Of a stretch of DNA of 64,000 nt, positions 13,682 through 27,439 are shown piece by piece. A program made the translations under genes and the position numbers. The DNA is from Eledone cirrhosa (Eukaryota). Numbering within the stretch: the stretch's first letter is position 1; each line of letters opens with the position of its first letter. The stretch is from the NCBI GenBank assembly GCA_964016885.1, contig OZ024752.1:1550001-1614000 (forward strand), read 5' to 3'. The notes beneath the pieces were generated by a model, which worked only from the letters and a program-made list of their open reading frames with translations, had not been told where the DNA came from and made no database searches.

Positions 13682-13820
13682 AAAAGAAGGAAAAGTTGTA
13701 AGGAACCAGATGGACCATAACGCACCAAAGTACTCATTACTTAGGGTAGTAGAGTGGGTAATAGGAACGAGTAGGACCCCGACGGCTGAGCTCAAGCCGT
13801 TTCTACGACTAATTCTGGAC
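13682..13820 (-). repeat. Short TA-targeted repeat family carrying the 3' half of a hammerhead (copy 1 of 8)
   Basis: Other copies at ~24355-24545, 26299-26497, 26856-26949, 30909-31047, 35486-35691, 49449-49613 and 51288-51448; the - strand reads GAAA-cggct-tgagctc-agccg-TC-ggggtc. Confidence 0.8.
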
Positions 13821-13887
13821 AGATATAGACGCTTAAACCGTTTTAATATTTGGTTATATATATATATATATAAAACAGTATATATAT

Positions 13888-13921
<34 letters not shown>

Positions 13922-14276
13922 TAAGAACATATTAAATTTTAAGCAAAGAATCCTTGCTTTTCCCCTTACTATATAATTGTGTGTGCTAGTGTCTTTGTGT
14001 TTGTGAATGAAGCATTTATTGTATTCAACCATGTAGAGCGATAACTATTTGTTAGTTATTTGGATATGGCAAAGCCGGCCATTAATCATTCGTATATATG
14101 AAACTGACTGGCCTATCTGCTGATATGCAAATCTAGCTGATCAGAGAGATCTACTAATATGCAGATCTGTCTGATCAGCCATTCTGCTAATATGTAACTC
14201 AGGCTGATGAGTCTCTGTATATTTCAGAAAATATCATATACTTTTACTAGCTCTGACAGTTGCAGATGAGCAGTAC

Positions 14277-14323
14277 ACTGCACTGATGAAGGGTAGTCAC
14301 TCAGAAAGGGTAGTGTCTGCAGT
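14277..14323 (+). ncRNA. Degenerate type I hammerhead motif
   Basis: actgca-CTGATGA-a-gggt(agtc)actc-a-GAAA-gggtagtg-TC-tgcagt; perfect 6-bp stem I, decayed stem III. Confidence 0.6.
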
Positions 14324-14489
14324 TCTGTTTACATGCCAACAAAATAGCAAGAATGACGGGCTTATTCTACTGACATGGCTTAAAAGAGGGTTGTTTGCAT
14401 AATTGCAACCGAACCGAATATTATTGTTAATATTCGAAGCACTCAGATTAAATTTATTGTATTCAGGCATGTAGAGAGATAACTATTTG

Positions 14490-14564
<75 letters not shown>

Positions 14565-14649
14565 TATATACATATACACATATATACGTATATATATATA
14601 TATATATGTATAGATAGATAGATAGATAGATATATAGATATATATACAC

Positions 14650-14732
<83 letters not shown>

Positions 14733-14767
14733 TATATATATACATATACATATATATACCTATATAT

Positions 14768-14806
<39 letters not shown>

Positions 14807-14823
14807 TATAGATATATATACAC

Positions 14824-14868
<45 letters not shown>

Positions 14869-14880
<12 letters not shown>

Positions 14881-15006
14881 AAGAATCAAAGAACTGTTCA
14901 AAACATTATTGTGCTTACAGCTGTTTCCTCCAAACCGAGGTTTGGAGGAAACAGCTGTAAGCACAATAATGTTTTGAACAGTTCTTTGATTCTTATATTT
15001 CATATA
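14869..15006. repeat. Perfect ~68-bp-arm hairpin abutting (TA)n
   Basis: Inverted arms centred on ccaaacc-ga-ggtttgg (~14938). Confidence 0.9.
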
Positions 15007-15202
15007 ACTGCTCTGTAAATCATCTGATGTTTTTACATTGAGCTACTTAACTTACTGGTAATAAGGTAGTAATACATTACTGCCTACCACTATTTAGGGT
15101 GTGTGTATAATACTTATAACTGCATAAGGTTTTGTATTTACATAACCATAAATAGTATAACTAATACTATATATATACATATATATATATATACACACAC
15201 AC

Positions 15203-15237
<35 letters not shown>

Positions 15238-16164
15238 CACACATATATATATATACATATATATATAGATACACACACACACATATATATATACATATTC
15301 TAGGTTGTTTAACACAATGGATATTTTCTAAGTATTATAAATTTAAATATGTTCCGAATATTATGTACATGATGTGGGTTTTTGGGGCTAGTAAATTTAA
15401 GCTAAATTTCTGAATCACGTTCTCAAAAACGTAGTAAATTGAGGCATAAATGCTACCGCTTTCGACATGTTTTTAATGGTATACGATACTGAACATTTCG
15501 CAGCAGTAACTAATTAGATTACAAAGTGTTATAAATCAACAGTTGAGCATAAATGTGTAAAACATAACTTTCAATTCCAGCTTGTGTGAACATATATTTG
15601 TTGGAATCTGCGGTCTGAAATTCATATTAAAGGAAAGATTTGTATGTTATATGAAATTTCAAATACGTTATTATCTCATTCATCTCATATAATAACAAGA
15701 AATAATTCTAGTCAGGACAGCATACTAGACAAAGGAATGATTATGTGTAATAAAATTACTACTGGAATATCATGGATAATTACAGACGCTCATTAGTCAC
15801 AATCTAGTAGTAATGAAAAATCATTGAATAGAATCTTCTATAACAATTGCAATTCTATAGGATAGGAATCATCTAAATAAAACCCTATGCTTGCTTGTCA
15901 ATGAACGCTGCTTACACCCGAGTGAACAGTTTATTCAAGCACGATTGCAAGTAGTTATTGCTTTCTCTGTTAAAATGATAGCTTATTATCTCCGTGACTG
16001 AACTGCATATTGAAGATAATTTGTATTTTGAATATTCCGAACATTATGTACATGATGTGGTTTTTTTTGGCATAATATATACATTCATACACACATGCAT
16101 ATGTATATATATATATATATATAAACGCGTATATTTGTACAGTGTAACCATGTATATATACAAA

Positions 16165-16283
<119 letters not shown>

Positions 16284-16382
16284 CGTGTGTGTGTATGCGC
16301 GTGTGTGTTTGTATACGTATATATATATATATATAGATATATACGTATACACACACACACGCGCGCGCACACACACACACAC

Positions 16383-16423
<41 letters not shown>

Positions 16424-18084
16424 CATATACATATATGTTTGTGTGTGTGTGTGTGTGTCTCTACGTGAATATTTATATATTTATGACATAAATATTACGT
16501 TCTTTCAATATTCAAAACAATATATGTTGTTTTGTTCCAGTTACTCGTCGATTGAGAAGATATGACGAAAGATGATTATAGACAGGAAGACAATAATTAT
16601 TTTCTCCTCTCTGAAATGTGTATTTCGGACGAAATATGTCGTTTTGTATATTCAAATGAATTCTGTCCTTCATTTAACGGTGGGATTAACATATCCCATA
16701 ATTTTTATTTTTAAGCGGTGAAACAGAACATTTCGGATCGGTTTTAGCATATTGCAACAAACAACTGAATTATGTAGGGATAAGTTTTAATGTAAGTAGG
16801 AGGAACAGTAATTTGTAATGCGTATTTTTTTAATTTTATTGAATTGTACTTCGTTCTTTTAACTGGGAAATCCATAATTATATATTCGCGATGATCAGTC
16901 ATATTTTAATCCTCATATATGCTGCTTACATTCTTTTATTTAGTCGATGAATTTAAATCTAGGAAAAACATTCCGAATTATTTATTATTTGGAGGATAAT
17001 ATATGAAATATTTAATAAAGAACTGAAAACAATTATAGTTACTTACATTCATTTACAATACTGAGTACGATCTAGAAAATTATTGTAAACATATTTTATC
17101 GTTAAATGTTACAGTTGTTATTAATCGTTAAAAATATTAAGATACATGTAGGCATACACACATTACCTCACGCACACACAATCAGAAACACAAAGACATA
17201 TTCATATAAATATAGATTTACTCGAAAATAAATATTTGGTAATTAATAATAATATCATTCCAGAAATTATAATTAAATACACGTCATAGTGAACAGACTC
17301 ATAGTCATTTGATTAGTATACATATTTTATGAGAATTGGATATATAAATATATATCATATGTCGTATATCATATATACGACATATCATTTGACGATTGTT
17401 TTTGTGTAATATGGAAGTATATATAATATATTGTCAGTAATATTTCAATCCAATACATTTTTTGTGAAATAATTTCTACTAATACAACGAGAAAGTAATT
17501 GCAAATTAATGCATTATTATAAGATTGCTGCTGTTGAAATATTCAATACATTAAAATTGATTCATTCGTCTAATTTACCTAATGAATACGATCGCGAATA
17601 CAAGCAGTGGAAAGGCGGTTCCTCCGGGGGTTTTAGAGTAAAGATTATTTTAGGGATCGTATCTCAAAGAACAGTGATGCGCCCTGAGTAGAACCGTTAC
17701 TTTTCCGAATTAAATTTCACAGTTGAGTTCATAGATTTAAACAGGAGACATACAGAAATTGGCTTATATATATTCATTTATTCTTACATTCACGGTACAT
17801 TTAGCCAAGATACAGTGCAAGAGAAACACTATTGGCGTGCCAGGTTCGAACATAGGAGGACTTTGGGGTTAGGCTGGAATCCGACTTTAGATCAGCAAAT
17901 AAAACAATTTTGCAGACAATCCACTGACTCTATCATAAGAAGTCATCCTATATGCTTGCTTTCCGGAAATCGTCTATGGGTTTTCACTCTTCAGAGAGTT
18001 GCATCCCAACTAGCTATAAAGAATTGTTTACTGATTTCCTAAATCCGGTCCCGTGAACAATTGATGCACATTAATACATCTTGA

Positions 18085-18930
18085 AGATTAACATCCCAGA
18101 GGCTGAAGTTACCAGAGCAATTAAAGTGTTCAAACGTGGCAAGGTATCTGGAGAGGAGGAAATTCGGTTTGAGATGTCAAACAAATTAAATAGAGAAGTT
18201 ATTTTATAGCTGACTGGTGTGTGCCGAGTTGCCTGAATATCTGCAAAGGCGCCCCAAAGCAAAAGCAATCGGGGGAAATAATCCAACCTTTCAAAAAGGG
18301 AATCACCCTTGTTAAGGATCGGTGGAAAAATATATGCTAAATGTCTTGAATAGATATGTTGAATTGTCGAAAGCTTGAAACCTGGCGAACAGTTCCACAT
18401 TTCTTCCATACACAGAAAAGATGACTAAATATTCATTCAGTGGGAATTGGTCGGGAAATCATGGGAATATTGTCATAAGGTATATCTTTGTTTTGTGGAC
18501 CCCGATAAAGCCTTCAGCTGAGTTTGATGGGACCTGTTCATGAATGTTCTGTATGTGTATGGCTTCTTGTTAACTTGATGTCTCTTTACCAGTATCCTAG
18601 TATTTGTTTTCGGATAAATGATGCTAAATCGAAATCATACATTGTATTGTCGGACTGCACCTGTGATGCCTCCTGTTAGCTCTCCTCTTCGTAATCTTCA
18701 TGAACAGGATAAGCAGACGGTTTGGAACATGCAATCGACATGACATAGCTTAACGGAAGTTGCTTTAAGACATGAACTAGATAGGTATGCTGCCTAGTGC
18801 TACATGGCAGGAATGAAAATCAGTTTTGCGAAGACTGACACTTCTGGGCTCCACTAATAGTAGCTTGCAATATGCACTCTACATGTGTTTATTTCCCACT
18901 GAAGCAGCTGGAGATGTTCAAGTATTTCAG
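18085..18930 (+). pseudogene. Highly decayed RTE-like reverse transcriptase
   Basis: EVTRAIKVFKRGKVSGEEEIRFEM, CFVDPDKAF-like, GMKISFAKT and LEMFKYF remnants across frames. Confidence 0.6.
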
Positions 18931-19619
18931 TAGATAATCATAATTTACCATGATGCTATGTATGAAATGTGTAAAGATAATATTAATAATTGATAATTAC
19001 TACACGCATGTATTATATAATATACAAATAATAATCGTCAGTGAAACTTACAATCGAAAAACCATCGATGAAACTCAACACGATATAATTATTGCTTTGG
19101 GCACATTTCCATAAATATTCGGCATGTGAAGAATAATTTGACTTCCAGGAATATTACGTAAACTTACATGAACAATATGCTAGACATTCCAAATTATTGG
19201 CAAATACTTTATTTCTACATTAAATGCGTTTCATATTTATCATCAAAGGTAGAAATGTGTATGTTAGCTCTAATACAAATGAAACGATATGTGTTGATTG
19301 TAATTAGTATTGACGGTCATGAGTGGGTGTATACAGATTATACAAAAGCTACTCAGTTGATAATAGAAATAATTGTTAAATCCTTGTACTAATCAAAGAT
19401 GCATAACTGCAGATGACATCGGTTTGAATGGCTAACATAAAACAGTCTGTAGCACTTGCTGTCCATATATCATTGGAATTGATTGATCATTTTGTTTCCC
19501 AGCTACGTAGAAAGTGTACTTAAAATAATACGCGGGTGAGCGATGATTTATATGAATTGTTCGTAATTTACTGCTTTCCGAGAATTGTATAAGTATTTGA
19601 AGGAATATGATGTAATATG

Positions 19620-20100
19620 CTAAAAACTAGGTTTGGCAGCTTTCAACAAGAACAAGGAAGTACTAACATCAAAACGAGTTTCCTGTCATTGGAAGGCCAA
19701 GACGTTTGATACTTTCAGCCTATCAGTTGTGTTATGAGGTCTTGACTGTGTTATTTGGACAACAAGGTCACTTCAGAAGCTCTCTACATTCCAGAACCAC
19801 ATCAGCGAGCATATTTGTATCAGTAATCTGAGCTGCTCACCGTTAACAAACTTACACCAATTACATCAATTGTCAAGTCAAGTGTACACAACCTATACCG
19901 CCATATAAAAAAAATCAACTGTGGTGTGAGTAGGTTATGCCTGGAAGGAAGGTTGGCTGGTAGGAGAAGCAGAGGCCGGCAGCCAAAACGATGGCTTGAC
20001 AATGTCAACTTCTGGATTGGACTTTTTCTTTGCTCTTTGACCTCTGCAACTGGTGATCGAACTATTGATGCTCAGTCTGCAACTGGCGGAGTTTAGCGTC
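19620..20100 (+). mobile_element. RTE-like LINE 3' fragment
   Basis: LEGRLAGRRSRGRQPKRWLDNV; its 3' end is repeated at 58843-58990. Confidence 0.7.
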
Positions 20101-20274
20101 ACAAGAATTATGCTAAAAAAAGAATGCCATTTTATATTCTCTACTAGTTTTATAACCGCTACATAAAACTAAGATCAATGAGTGTTACTGCCGTAACGAG
20201 TTGAATTTATAGGTATAGTTGAATATTATAAAGCACTTCTAACACATATATGTATATATGTATATTGTGTCAAG

Positions 20275-20790
20275 TTGCTCTCGAGTGCTACTGGTAACAT
20301 GTAACCCAGTAAAACTTGTCTCATGATCGGTCGTCGGTGACTAAACCGGAAACCCCACCAAGCCTGCTTGGTGAGGAGGGTGATATTTGAACACCGTGCG
20401 GGATGAAACAAAAGACCCCACAAAGGGAGGAGGCACTCAGCAGAGTCAACGGCCATCCAAATAGTACTTTCTTTTTTACCTGGGAGTGAAAGGTCTCTAG
20501 TTGTTGTCACAACATCTTTCTAAGAGAGGGAATATCTGAAAGAAAAACCTGCGGCTTTGGAAGCAGCCGATGATGCTGACCAGTTCTCTTTTCCGGGTAG
20601 TGTTTTCGATGTTCATAGAGTGGGATTGGTCGAGTGCAAGGCCTTTCACCACCTAAAAATCCTTCAAAGCACAGGTATTACTTGTTCAGGATATGTTACA
20701 GGTTCCTGTGGCTGGCCGTAGCCTAAAAGTGCACCCTTTTCTGTAATCCGACAAACAATTGCAATACTCTTAGCAGAGTTTGCAGCCGTC
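20275..20790. repeat. Interspersed repeat, possibly a LINE 5' UTR-like region
   Basis: Aligns with 55650-56160 (gtgctactggtaacatgta...gtgactaaac.gg.aacccc...ggtgaggagggtga...ggccatccaaa). Confidence 0.6.
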
Positions 20791-20805
20791 ATATATATAT
20801 ATATA

Positions 20806-22213
20806 CTAGCATAGGCACCCGGCGTTGCCCGGGAATAAAAATGTTCCTTACATATTAGAAGAAAAGAGCAAAACATGTATAGAAATGTGTTATTCTAAAT
20901 TCAATTTATTCTTCAATTGGGACACACGATGAAATCAATTCTGACTTCATAAAAAAAGTTATTGTTGTGAGCAAAATAAATTTCCAATTTCATGGAGGAG
21001 GGGGGGGGGGCTAAGAAAGGGCCGTGTGTGTGTTTACCTTTAACCAAAGGAAGCAAATGTTGTTAGGATAAATAAGTAAAGGTAAACAGGGCTTGTTGAG
21101 AAGAGCGGTAACGTACATGTATGTTCACTGTAGCGCTTATAACACTGTTTTAGCGGATGCTAGATATTTGAATTTACCATTGCGGTAGCCGTCAAACAAT
21201 TTCATGTAGGGCCCCTTAAATAGGGTTGTGTGTGCGTTCACTGACAGCCCTAAAAATGAGGGTCACCATCAACAATTTTGGCCCTAAAACGGACCGTTTG
21301 ATCGTTGACTTGCAGCCCTTCAAAGGACTTTGACTGCGTTCTCCAACGGCCGCAAAAAAGCACTTCAGTTGCGTTCATTGGCAGCCATTAGAATGACTGT
21401 GTATGCGTTCACGATTTGTTCATGTGGGTTCCTCTCTGAAGGCGATCACCTTAAACCAAGGGAAACATATGTTTTACTTAAGAGACTGTTTAAATGCTCA
21501 TCAGACTGGCTAAATAAATGGTGATTACGGATCCATCTCCTCGCTGTTGCATTTACAACACCTCGTTGTAGGAAGTACGTTTGACCCTGTACGGATTGTT
21601 CGGGGGAGACCATATGAGGGCAAACGCACGGACGCACACACACTCACGCACGCAAACGCACAACGCACGCAAACACGCACGCACGTGTGCACGTATACAC
21701 ATGCACATGTTAATATATTTAACTCTTAGTGAAAGGCTGCACGAACACACACACCCACATGCACACGCACAAATGTTAATTAGTAATAGCTTTCCTTCCC
21801 CTCTTCCACTGTCATGTATCAAACACAGCGTCTGTCGCTCTCTCTCTCTCTCTCTCTCCCGCTATCCCCCTCTTTTAGTCTGTCTGTTTCTTTCACTCTC
21901 ATCTTTCTCTTTATAACTCACTCACATTTCTCCCCTCTATCGAAAAATGCTGTGACGAATGGGGAGATGTAGGAGAAGGAGGAGTAGAGAGCCACTTCGT
22001 TACTTCGCCCTCCGTTTCTTTCTCTCCTCGCTCACTCCCTCATTATGTACAGACATTGGCCACTTCACTAATTTGATCCCTAGGATTAAATAATTTGAAA
22101 TTTTTTTTTGCTCAAAACACTCACAGGGCCATACGTATTACATATGTAAAGTTTGAAAAAAAAACGGTTGTGTACTTCTCGAGTTTTAGGGAAACAGATA
22201 CACAGATATTCCT

Positions 22214-22225
<12 letters not shown>
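20806..22225 (-). mobile_element. Non-autonomous Helitron (~1.4 kb) inserted in (TA)n
   Basis: - strand 3' end cccgggcaacgccggg...CTAG-T at 20806-20833 (hairpin nearly identical to 8004-8021); - strand 5' head tatataaaacaagg...ctaaaactcgagaag...accgttttt; internal microsatellites; no coding capacity. Confidence 0.8.
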
Positions 22226-22264
<39 letters not shown>

Positions 22265-22337
22265 TTCTTGGGGAGGGTCAAATTTTTGTAATATTGCCAG
22301 ATATAATAACAGAACCACACTCACTGTTTGGTTGAAA

Positions 22338-22377
<40 letters not shown>

Positions 22378-22383
<6 letters not shown>

Positions 22384-22800
22384 CAGAATAATAATAAATG
22401 AAGACATTCACATAATCAAAATATGTTTTATTATATATGTTTCGAAGGTACTGTGCTGTTTTTTCAGTACGTCCTCATTAGATAAAATACATGAATTGAG
22501 GTATGACATACCTCAACTGTCTTGATAGTTCAATTCCAGTACTACCAATACTGAAATTGAATCATCAAGACAGTTGAGGTATGTCATATATCAATTCATG
22601 TATTTTATCTGACGAGGACGTACTGAAAAAACATCACAGTACCTTCGAAATATATATAATACAACATATATTTTGATTATGTGAATGTCTTCCTTTATTA
22701 TTATTCTGAATAATATTAACTCCAGAAAACTTTCATTGTAGAGTGCTTTTAATCTATTGTAACAATATATTCATTGAGTAATCAATGAATTATATTAATC
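22378..22800 (+). mobile_element. Palindromic hammerhead-containing element
   Basis: Inverted arms ~22378-22715 centred at ~22546; starts at the edge of a (TA)n tract. Confidence 0.78.
22603..22664 (+). ncRNA. Type I hammerhead ribozyme motif
   Basis: ttttat-CTGACGA-gga-c-gtactg...cagtac-c-ttc-GAAA-tatata-TA-atacaa (mirror arm ataaaa). Confidence 0.75.
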
Positions 22801-22854
22801 TTTGGTTATATATATATATATATTGAAAAGATATCTCTACCATCCCAAATCCAC

Positions 22855-23330
22855 AACCTTGTTCCCCCAGGTTCCCTCTGTCATTTGTTAACCTACAATC
22901 CTTCGTAAAATTCGATCCTGTAAATATACTGTCGCACACACCACCATCGCCACCACTAGATACATCTCCATACTTCAACAATCATTAACATCATTAACAT
23001 CACTAACATATATCATACCTCCCTCCCAGTACCACTGTGTTATATCTGCCCACCCTGTAAGCTTTACCTTGATAACCACCGTCACATCAGATCATGTATA
23101 TATATAGTTGAACATATCACCCCATCTCCACCACACTACCACACACATCGCTATACGTTCACAGCTTTGTTTTCCCCGTGTTCCCTATGTCACTTTTTAA
23201 CCTGTAACTCATTCAATAAATTCAATCCTGTACATTTTTTGTCGCGCACAACACCTCCACCGCCACCACAAGGCACATCCCCATACTTCAACAATCATTA
23301 ACATTATTAACATCACCAACACATATCCCC
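22855..23330. repeat. Diverged tandem duplication of a C/A-rich unit (~310-bp period)
   Basis: gttccct.tgtca...tcctgta...tgtcgc...ccatacttcaacaatcattaaca occurs at ~22870-23010 and ~23180-23325. Confidence 0.65.
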
Positions 23331-23495
23331 CCCCCCCACCCCACATCAACAACGCAAGCGTGAGTGTCTGTGTGTAAGTATATTTATATGTACAACGTCA
23401 GCTCCATTGGATCTCCCCCTCCCTCTATCTATCTATGTACTACGCCATCTCCACTGACTCTCCCCCTCTCTAGACACACACATATATATATATAT

Positions 23496-24307
23496 ATTAG
23501 AATTGGAGCTCTGAAATAGCAATATATATATGGATGTATATATAATGTATTTTGCAATACACTTTATACTTAATTAAAAGCATTTTGAAGACCGTAAGCT
23601 ATTGTTTTAAAGTAGTGACAAATTCACTCACTTTGATCTCAGCAAACAGGGGAGATAAGCCGACAAGACTTGTTTCGCTTTGGTTGAAGCTTATCAAGGC
23701 CAACTACCCCACCTGTTTGCTGAGATCATTGATGTTATATTCTTATAGAAATCTAGTAAATAATCAGGAGCTGATTATGCAGAGCGGTTGTTGGTCCGGC
23801 AGAAATTAAAAATTAGAATTGGAGCTCTGAAATAGCAATATATATATGGATGTATATATAATGTATTTTTCAATACACTTTATGCTTAATTAAAAGCATT
23901 TTGAAGACCGTAAGCTATTGTTTTAAAGTAGTGACAAATTCACTCACTTTGATCTCAGCAAACAGGGGAGATAAGCCGACAAGACTTGTTTCGCTTTGGT
24001 TGAAGCTTATGAAGGCCAACTACCCCACCTGTTTGCTGAGATCATTGATGTTATATTCTTATAGAAATCTAGTAAATAATCAGGTCCTGATTATTTACTA
24101 GATTTCTATAAGAATATAACATCAATGATCTCAGCAAACAGGTGGGGTAGTTGGCCTTGATAAGCTTCAACCAAAGCGAAACAAGTCTTGTCGGCTTATC
24201 TCCCCTGTTTGCTGAGATCAAAGTGAGTGAATTTGTCACTACTTTAAAACAATAGCTTACGGTCTTCAAAATGCTTTTAATTAAGCATAAAGTGTATTGC
24301 AAAATAC

Positions 24308-24310
<3 letters not shown>
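23496..24310 (-). mobile_element. Tandem 316-bp hammerhead monomers plus a 5' inverted arm (retrozyme-like)
   Basis: Direct repeat 23496 to 23812 (period 316); snap-back at ~24086 (aatcaggtcctgatt); TA flanks on both sides. Confidence 0.85.
24153..24196 (+). ncRNA. Type I hammerhead with U3-A8 variant core (also on - strand at 23658-23701 and, mutated, 23974-24017)
   Basis: ggcc-TTGATAA-gctt(caacca)aagc-GAAA-caag(t)cttg-TC-ggct, inside a long extended stem gatctcagcaaacagg...cctgtttgctgagatc. Confidence 0.75.
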
Positions 24311-24356
<46 letters not shown>

Positions 24357-25184
24357 CGAAGGAAATGTGGTACGGAACCAGATGGACCGTAACGCACCAA
24401 AGTACTCAATACTTAGGGTAGTAGAGTGGGTAATAGGAACAAGTAGGATCCCGACGGCTGAGCTCATGCCGTTTCGACGGCTAATTCAGTCCAGAATTAG
24501 CCGACGAAACGGCTTGAGCTCAGCCGTCAGGGTCGTACTTTTTCCTATATATAAATATATACACATGTGTATGTATACAAGGTTTTTATCAGACTAAGTG
24601 TGTCTATGTATGTATCTCCTCGTTGTATTTGACACCACCTACACATCCATCACACCATCATAAACACCATTACCAAAAACAACAACACCACACCCACACC
24701 ACACACAATTATTAGTCACAAATATATTCCAATCTGTCTACCGGCAATCCCCCCCCCCCCACACACAACAGCCCATCTCAGCCTCCGACTGTCACCACCA
24801 TCTTATCATCACATCCACCCCCACATTCACTACACGTGAAAACATCCTTATGATCGATTCCACCAATCAAAACAATTCATATTGACCGACATATGAACTT
24901 CTGACTTTATCATATAGCATGTATTCATTTTCTACTAGCATTTTAAGGGGTCCGTCGAGCTGCAGATTACAGAGTCGATACGGTAAGATCGATACAGATC
25001 GAACCATGAGCTGATCAGTGGCGAAACGCGCGTCACCAACATATAAATGTAATGAAGGAATAACCAATCGTCCTTGTTATCTTTTCAATATTATACACTC
25101 TGTATAGCTCTACACCTCACACAGAAGTGAATCTAAACATCGAGTGCTCACCCGGGTGAACCTACAGTAACTCCAAGTTCCCCT

Positions 25185-25263
<79 letters not shown>

Positions 25264-25492
25264 TGTATGTATCTATATTTATATATATATATACCTTGAG
25301 GGTGGAACTAGCTGTTAACGGCAAGTGACTAGTCGTCGTAGCTTTGACTTATTCATATAACTATATTCTATAACCCCAAGTATCGAGTAACCCGGTGAGT
25401 AATTTCCTACAAGTTTCTTACTGACTCGATCTTGGATTCATCTCTCTCTCTCTCCATCTCTCTTTATATATATCTCTCCCCCCTCCCTATCT

Positions 25493-25595
<103 letters not shown>

Positions 25596-25836
25596 CGGCG
25601 ATGATTTTGTTTTGCGAGGTTTTTGATATGTAATCGTGTGTCGAAACAAATATTGTTATACTTGAGGACGTTCATATTGTTGTAATAATATTGCCATAAA
25701 TAATAACAGAACACACTCACCGTTTGGTTGGTTTTCGCTTCTGCATCTTTTATATCTCCACAGTTAATTCATTTGTTCCCCAATGTGTATCATTGACTGA
25801 CCAACGGTCAAAAATACAGATATAAGTACATATATA

Positions 25837-25888
25837 TAGTCTAGCAAAGTTCTTTCGTTGCAAATCTGCAACTTCATCAGTGGTACTA
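25837..25888 (-). ncRNA. Degenerate hammerhead motif
   Basis: - strand CTGATGA-a-gttgca(gatt)tgcaac-GAAA; perfect stem II, but stems I and III decayed; adjacent hairpin ~25910-25992. Confidence 0.5.
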
Positions 25889-26052
25889 TTATCATTTCCC
25901 CCCCTACTGTATTGTATTGTATTGTATTGTAATGTCTACACCATTTTTATTTTATAAATAAAAATGGCTAGACATTGCAATACAATACAATATGGTGCAG
26001 CGATTCTTTGCTTAAATTTAATCTGTTATTTTAATAAATATATATATATATA

Positions 26053-26270
26053 TATATTGTTATACTTTGGGAGGGTCATGTTGCCAATAAGAAACACACG
26101 CACTAGTTTCTTTCACTCCAATTTATTATAAATTAAATTTATAATAAATTGGAGTAAACGCGACTGGTGCGTGTGTTTCTTATTGGCAACATGACCCGCC
26201 CAAAGTATAACAATATCGGTTTCAACACAAGTTTTCAGATAAAGAATCTTGCTAAACAAATTCAGAAACG
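26053..26270. repeat. Snap-back repeat element in (TA)n
   Basis: Inverted arms ~26053-26215 centred at ~26135; same family as 8553-8678 but with a different fold-back point. Confidence 0.75.
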
Positions 26271-26947
26271 AAATATATATATATATATATATATATATAA
26301 CGAAGGAGTTGTGGTAAGGAACCATAACGCACCAGAGTACTCAATACTTAGGGTAGTAGATTGGATAATAGGAAAAAGTATGACCCCAACGGCAGAGCTC
26401 AAGCCGTTTCGACGGCTATTTCTGGGTCCAATATTTCTAGGTCCAGAAATAGCCGTCGAAACGGCTTGAGCTCTGCCGTCGGGGTCATACTTTTTCCTAT
26501 ATATAGTGAGAATTCAAAAGGTGTATTCAAATTCGATATAGAACTCAGTGCAAAGGGCGAGTTAAATTAATGAGACATTTTCACGTAGATTGGATTTTCC
26601 ACTCGTGTAGGTGCTGACATTTGGAAGCGGTTAATAGCACTGAAATATTATGTGAAAATATACTGTATAAAGACACTGCTTTGTTCTGTTTTGCTTGTCA
26701 CACTTTGCCATTTATATATTTCTACTGCATTGGACTGGCTTTCTGTAATCTTATCAGACATATAGTACACACACAAACACACATATAAAAATACACACAC
26801 ACACACATAAAAACACGTACAAACACCCCCTCCCCCCACATATATATATATATAGAGGAACGAGTAGGACCCCGACGGCTGAGCTCAAGCCGTTTCGAGT
26901 ACTTTGGTGCGTTATGATCCATCTGGTTCTGTACCACATTTCCTTCG

Positions 26948-27012
<65 letters not shown>

Positions 27013-27439
27013 AACATGAGGGATTTAAAAAAAAAAAAAAAATACAAGATGTCCTAAACGAGTGAAAGTATAAGGAAAAGAAATCGAAAATTCAACTGGA
27101 GTCTTTTAAATAATATTTATTTTTTTCCTTTACCGGTTTCATAGTTCTTATGCTTTTTAAAAGTAGAAATGAGAATAAGGATTTGTGGTTTTTCTCAATG
27201 GATTGTATATTAGTTGAGACTCAATGTTTATGTGGAGAATATTTAAATCACTATCTGACACAATTTATTAAGATGCAATCCATCGAAATCAAATTTACAA
27301 GTTTATTTACATTCAATTCCTAATTTGAATTATCATGCCTAATTTACTTCACTATTTATTTCCATGTATATTTGTACGCTCACTTAATTGCCATCATTTA
27401 TAGACACTCATAATGAAATTATCGAAGAAAATTTTCCGA

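Noticed and set aside
15348-16071. ~40-bp imperfect direct repeats ~685 bp apart (attatgtacatgatgtgg)
   Set aside because: No LTR/TIR hallmarks or internal features; could be an old local duplication.
23552-24302. Three near-identical short ORFs (KTVSYCFKVV...)
   Set aside because: By-product of the tandem and inverted repeat; no recognisable protein motif.
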